From a virus (Duplodnaviria; Heunggongvirae; Uroviricota; Caudoviricetes): DNA of 64,000 nt. Position numbers and translations under genes: made by a program. Position 1 is the first letter of the stretch. The number at the start of each line of letters is the position of its first letter. The notes under the pieces are model-generated. The model saw only the letters and a list, made by a program, of their open reading frames with translations. It had not been told where the DNA came from and made no database searches. Positions 60,309 to 64,000 of this stretch are shown here, piece by piece. Location of the stretch: IMG/VR virus record IMGVR_UViG_2910649936_000002, positions 66,713 to 130,712 of that record; one strand, 5' to 3'.

Positions 60309-60337
60309 ATTATACCAATTGCAAAAGTGATTTTCAA
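60309..60337 (-). promoter_or_regulatory. Antisense promoter TTGAAA-N17-TATAAT (extended -10 TG) straddling the 3' splice site
   Basis: -35 at 60332-37 (in exon 3), -10 at 60309-14 (in the intron). Confidence 0.75.
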
Positions 60338-63300
60338 CTATGACAAACACAATGGCTTTAGTACGATATTCGAAACCTTTAAAAAGGGATCCTTATCTGA
60401 TGAATGGACGAAGGCTTGGCAAAAAGTCGGAACTATGACTAAGCCTGCATCTTGGAAAGCTTGGGCTGAATCAATGGAATATAGTGATAAAGCATTACTT
60501 AAATTTTTAAATGATGTAGACTTAGGCAAAAAAGATATTACTGATATGGGTGCTGTTATCGAATCGTCCGGTAAATCCACTTCCAAATTTGGAAATACGT
60601 TAAAAAGCTTTGGAAAAAGCATTGGAGCCAATCTTTTAAATTTAGGGACAGATTTGGCCATAGGTCTTGCTATAACAGGTATTGTAAAAGCAATTGATAG
60701 TGCTTACGAAAGCTATGATGAGGCATTAGAAAAGTTCCAAAATTCACAATCCAATTACGAATCTGCTTCTGCTGAAGTAGAAAATTTAAAATCTCAACTG
60801 TCAGACATAGATTCTCAAATTGCTACCATTAACAGTCAGCCTTTAACTATTACATCTCAAGCAGAATTAGATAATCTACAGGCTCAAAAGGCAGAATTAG
60901 AACAAATGCTTACATTGCAAGAGAATATCGCTACTGCCGCAAAAAAGCAAGCCGCTGCTGATGCATATAATCTTTCACAAAAGACATCTTCTTTATCCAC
61001 ACTTTACAAAACAAAGAATTCTAGTGAAGCAGAAGGACTTTTAGTGGATCTTATGGATTGGTATGGAAGTGATGCGACATCTGCTGTAATTGCAAGAGGT
61101 ATTATGGGCGTTGCTTCCCCCGCAGCCAGGATTCCAGGTGGACTAAATCAAACTGCAAAAGCGTTTAATTCATTTAGCGACACAGATATAATTAGACATG
61201 ATACTGAAGAATTAGTAACATTAAAAGAACGAAGAGAAAAAATTTTAAATTCTATTACATCAACTTCTTTAGATGATATTGGTGAAATTGATAGTGCTGA
61301 TAAATTAGCTAATGGGTTAGAGAACTTATTCATGTCTCCCAATACTAAGGATGCATTATTAAAAAGTGTAGATAATGACATAGCTTTGATTGAATCTGAA
61401 GTTGCTGAGAAGCAGGCTTTATTATCATCACAAATTGAAGCAATGACCGATGAAAATGGAAATGCCATTAGTCCATCATACCAGAGTACAGTAGATGAAC
61501 TGCGAGATGCTTTAAATGAACTTGAACACTATAATACACTTGGTATGTCTGAAGCAGAAAAAACAGTCAATTCCATTGACAAATATTTTGGAAAATCTTC
61601 TGCTTCAACTTTAAAAAATTATTTTCAAGAATTAGCGAACGCCGGCGAATTAACTGAAGATATTTTCAAAACACTTGGTTTATCTGCCAAAGATATAGGC
61701 GTAGAAAACTTACAAGATGTCGTTAGATATTTCAATGACATGGCAACGGCCGCTACCACCGCTGCTGATGCAGTTGAGAGTGTGGATGGCAGTTTTGAAG
61801 GTGTTCAGGCAGCTTTTGAATCTGAAAATGCTGGTTCACAGTGGGATACTATGTCTGAATATCTTGCGCAGGCGAAAGAACTATATGATCAAGGATTAGT
61901 AGGAACCGATGAATTTCAATCTACAGCAAAATTCTTCGCTCCTGGTAAAATTAATGAGGACGACTATAAATACGATTCAGATGCGTATGTTGCTGCCTGG
62001 CAATCAGCATATGAAACTGTATCACGTTGGTTTGATGCTGAAAACCCTCTACAAAGCATGTGGAATTTCTCTACAGATTTACGTGATTGGGGATTAGCTG
62101 AAATTAATTATAACGATGATGGAAGCCTTGCAGAAATCATTCCTACATTCAAAACTACCGCTGAAGCCGCTGATGCATTAGGTGTTAATGTAAATGCTGT
62201 AGATACTGCTTTGCATAAACTTGAAGATTATGGATTTGAATTTGACGATATAATGTTTAGTGGTGACGGATTAAGTGAAATAGAATCTACCCTGAACAAT
62301 ATGAAGGCATTATATGATTCTATGGATGAAGGTGCTACTAAGCAAAAACTTGGTGATACAATTGCTGGATGGGATGAAGAGTATGCAAAATATCAGGAAG
62401 ATTTATCTTTACTCACCGAAGACCAAATTGTTAAAATCAAATTCGAATATGATTTGGCTACAATACAGCAACAGATAGATGAATTGGATTTAGCTTGGCA
62501 ATCTGGTGATAGATCTTCTGAAACTGGTGCTTCTAGGATAGCTGAAAAAATGAAGTATCGTGAAACTAGAGAAGAACAAACTGGATATACAGAAGATAGT
62601 GATGACGATTACGCATCTACGTATGATAAAATTTCTCAGCTTTCCGCAAAATTTAATGATGACCTATCCGACTCTCAACGTGAGTCAATCCAAAATCAAA
62701 TTTCATCTTTGCTTGATCTGCAAAATGCATTTCAAGATACATTTGCGAATGGTGAAGTTACCAACTGGGATGATTTCTTGGGAACAGAAGAATTCAAAAC
62801 GGCCGCTAGTTCTATAATGGAAGAAACTGGGATGACTAAAGAACAGTTATCCGAACTTCTTGGAGTGGATTCCGAAACTTTAGATTTACAAGTCTCATTA
62901 TCCAAAGAAGATTTAGATGCGCAGCTTGCTAATCTTACAGAAGGTGAAACTATTCATTTTTCTGCTGATGTTGATGGAGTTGCCACCGAAATTAACGCTA
63001 TAAAAGATGAAAATGGAAATATTACCTATACTGCTATTGTAGATGGGGTTGAACAAGAACTTGCTCCTGTATTGAATGAAGATGGAACAGTAAATTTTGT
63101 TCTAGGGGATTCTCCATCAAGCGTTCCTAATGCTGAGGGTAAAGCAGATTATGATATGGGAGAGCATCCTAGTAGTGCACCAAATATAGGAGGCATTGCA
63201 AACTATAGTGGTATTTTCCCAACATCAGCACCAACATTATTCGGAACCATTCAATATACAATTCAAACAGTTGGAAATACAATTTCTAATCTATTTAGCG

Positions 63301-64000
63301 GAGCAAGCGGCTTATCTGGAACCGCACATCTTAGCGGAACAACTGGATTACACCCTATTCCCAAACTTTCTGGACGCGCTCTTGCTATGGGAACACTTCA
63401 GGACGAAAGTATACTAAATCCAAATTGGAGAACAAAGCGTACCGAAGTTGCATTGACTGGCGAAGAAGGTCAGGAAATGGTGGTGACACGCTCAAACCGT
63501 TGGTATACTGTAGGGGATAACGGTGCCGAATTTGCAAAAATTCCGCAAGGTTCTATAATTTTTAATGCTCAACAAACAAAAGAACTATTGTCTAAAGGTA
63601 AGATCAATAGTCGCGGCACTGCTATGATAAGTGGTACTGCATATGCTACTGGTGGACGGCTTCCTGTCCCTGGTACTGGCGGTTATTCTGGAAGTGGCAA
63701 TAATGATTACTCTTCTACTGCCTCAGCCGCTAATAACGCTGCTAATGCCGCTGCATCTGCTGCCGATTCTGTTTCAGAAGCAGCCGATGAATTTGAAGAA
63801 AAGTTTGATGCAATCGAAATTTTATTAGATAGAATGGATCGGGCACTGCAACAACTCACTGATTCTATCGAAACATATTCTTATGATTTATCAAAACAAA
63901 GTTCTGTAGCAGATCAGGCTATGAACCAAATTCGCAGTAATCTAAGTACCTTACAATCTGCTTATAATAGATATATTCAAGAAGCTAATGCAGTTGGACT
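60330..64000 (+). CDS. Tape measure protein, exon 3 (runs off the window)
   Basis: Frame IFNYDKHNGF… is the same at both ends checked (60330 and 64000); Ala/Ser/Glu-rich TMP composition; no SD-led start at its 5' end; missing from the track because it has no stop. Confidence 0.85.
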   Translation, partial: MFNYDKHNGFSTIFETFKKGSLSDEWTKAWQKVGTMTKPASWKAWAESMEYSDKALLKFLNDVDLGKKDITDMGAVIESSGKSTSKFGNTLKSFGKSIGANLLNLGTDLAIGLAITGIVKAIDSAYESYDEALEKFQNSQSNYESASAEVENLKSQLSDIDSQIATINSQPLTITSQAELDNLQAQKAELEQMLTLQENIATAAKKQAAADAYNLSQKTSSLSTLYKTKNSSEAEGLLVDLMDWYGSDATSAVIARGIMGVASPAARIPGGLNQTAKAFNSFSDTDIIRHDTEELVTLKERREKILNSITSTSLDDIGEIDSADKLANGLENLFMSPNTKDALLKSVDNDIALIESEVAEKQALLSSQIEAMTDENGNAISPSYQSTVDELRDALNELEHYNTLGMSEAEKTVNSIDKYFGKSSASTLKNYFQELANAGELTEDIFKTLGLSAKDIGVENLQDVVRYFNDMATAATTAADAVESVDGSFEGVQAAFESENAGSQWDTMSEYLAQAKELYDQGLVGTDEFQSTAKFFAPGKINEDDYKYDSDAYVAAWQSAYETVSRWFDAENPLQSMWNFSTDLRDWGLAEINYNDDGSLAEIIPTFKTTAEAADALGVNVNAVDTALHKLEDYGFEFDDIMFSGDGLSEIESTLNNMKALYDSMDEGATKQKLGDTIAGWDEEYAKYQEDLSLLTEDQIVKIKFEYDLATIQQQIDELDLAWQSGDRSSETGASRIAEKMKYRETREEQTGYTEDSDDDYASTYDKISQLSAKFNDDLSDSQRESIQNQISSLLDLQNAFQDTFANGEVTNWDDFLGTEEFKTAASSIMEETGMTKEQLSELLGVDSETLDLQVSLSKEDLDAQLANLTEGETIHFSADVDGVATEINAIKDENGNITYTAIVDGVEQELAPVLNEDGTVNFVLGDSPSSVPNAEGKADYDMGEHPSSAPNIGGIANYSGIFPTSAPTLFGTIQYTIQTVGNTISNLFSGASGLSGTAHLSGTTGLHPIPKLSGRALAMGTLQDESILNPNWRTKRTEVALTGEEGQEMVVTRSNRWYTVGDNGAEFAKIPQGSIIFNAQQTKELLSKGKINSRGTAMISGTAYATGGRLPVPGTGGYSGSGNNDYSSTASAANNAANAAASAADSVSEAADEFEEKFDAIEILLDRMDRALQQLTDSIETYSYDLSKQSSVADQAMNQIRSNLSTLQSAYNRYIQEANAVG

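Larger units (their letters stand above)
53921..60329 (+). mobile_element. Giant group I intron 2 (6409 nt) with multi-gene cargo in the P9 region
   Basis: P1 GGGU|…GCCC with U·G; core at 54050-54300 (P4 tcgg/ccga, P5 gccgt/acggt, P7 ggctg/cagtc, P8, GAAA-capped P9); P10 13/15 bp with 60330-60344; terminal G60329; in-frame junction GGT|ATT. Confidence 0.8.

Noticed and set aside
53921-60329. IStron (group I intron fused to an IS605 element)
   Set aside because: No tnpA/tnpB ORF or IS end hairpin inside the intron; the cargo is unrelated.
60338-63828. Short track ORFs within 60.3-63.8 kb
   Set aside because: Off-frame or antisense shadows of the continuous TMP exon-3 frame.
1-64000. Retron, DGR or group II intron; inteins in RNAP or terminase
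   Set aside because: No reverse transcriptase motif (YxDD in context), no TR/VR pair, and no intein splice motifs or size excess were seen.

Overview
The whole window is part of one large, AT-rich, SPbeta-like (YonO-type RNA polymerase-encoding) tailed phage genome of a Clostridia/Lachnospiraceae-like host. No host genes are visible. Layout: (1) 1-13.8 kb, a minus-strand array of small early/accessory genes with a tyrosine recombinase, RadC/JAB, HTH regulators and a promoter-driven ~1.3 kb ORF-less structured region. (2) ~14-16.4 kb, the strand switch with an origin-like site (42-bp phased repeats plus paired DnaA boxes). (3) 16.4-25.3 kb, BRO antirepressor, Rep-like HTH protein, single-subunit RNAP and HU. 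(4) 25.7-27.7 kb, a tRNA cluster enclosing a ~1 kb GOLLD/ROOL-class ncRNA candidate. (5) 28-35 kb, beta-CASP nuclease, homing-type endonuclease, ClpP, YonK/YonJ-like genes, a second recombinase and tRNA-Ser. (6) 35-51 kb, terminase, portal, protease/scaffold, capsid, head-tail, tail tube, holin and RecU-like genes. (7) 51.3 kb to the end, a tape measure gene in three exons. The main observation is that the tape measure gene is split by a normal 575-nt group I intron and by a second, ~6.4-kb group I intron (53921-60329). The second intron has an intact-looking catalytic core and a 13/15-bp P10 pairing that reaches across ~6 kb, and it carries about ten passenger genes (three paralogous zinc-ribbon genes plus a remnant, two HExxH peptidase-like genes, membrane proteins) arranged as repeated cassettes. 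All calls were made by eye without database searches.
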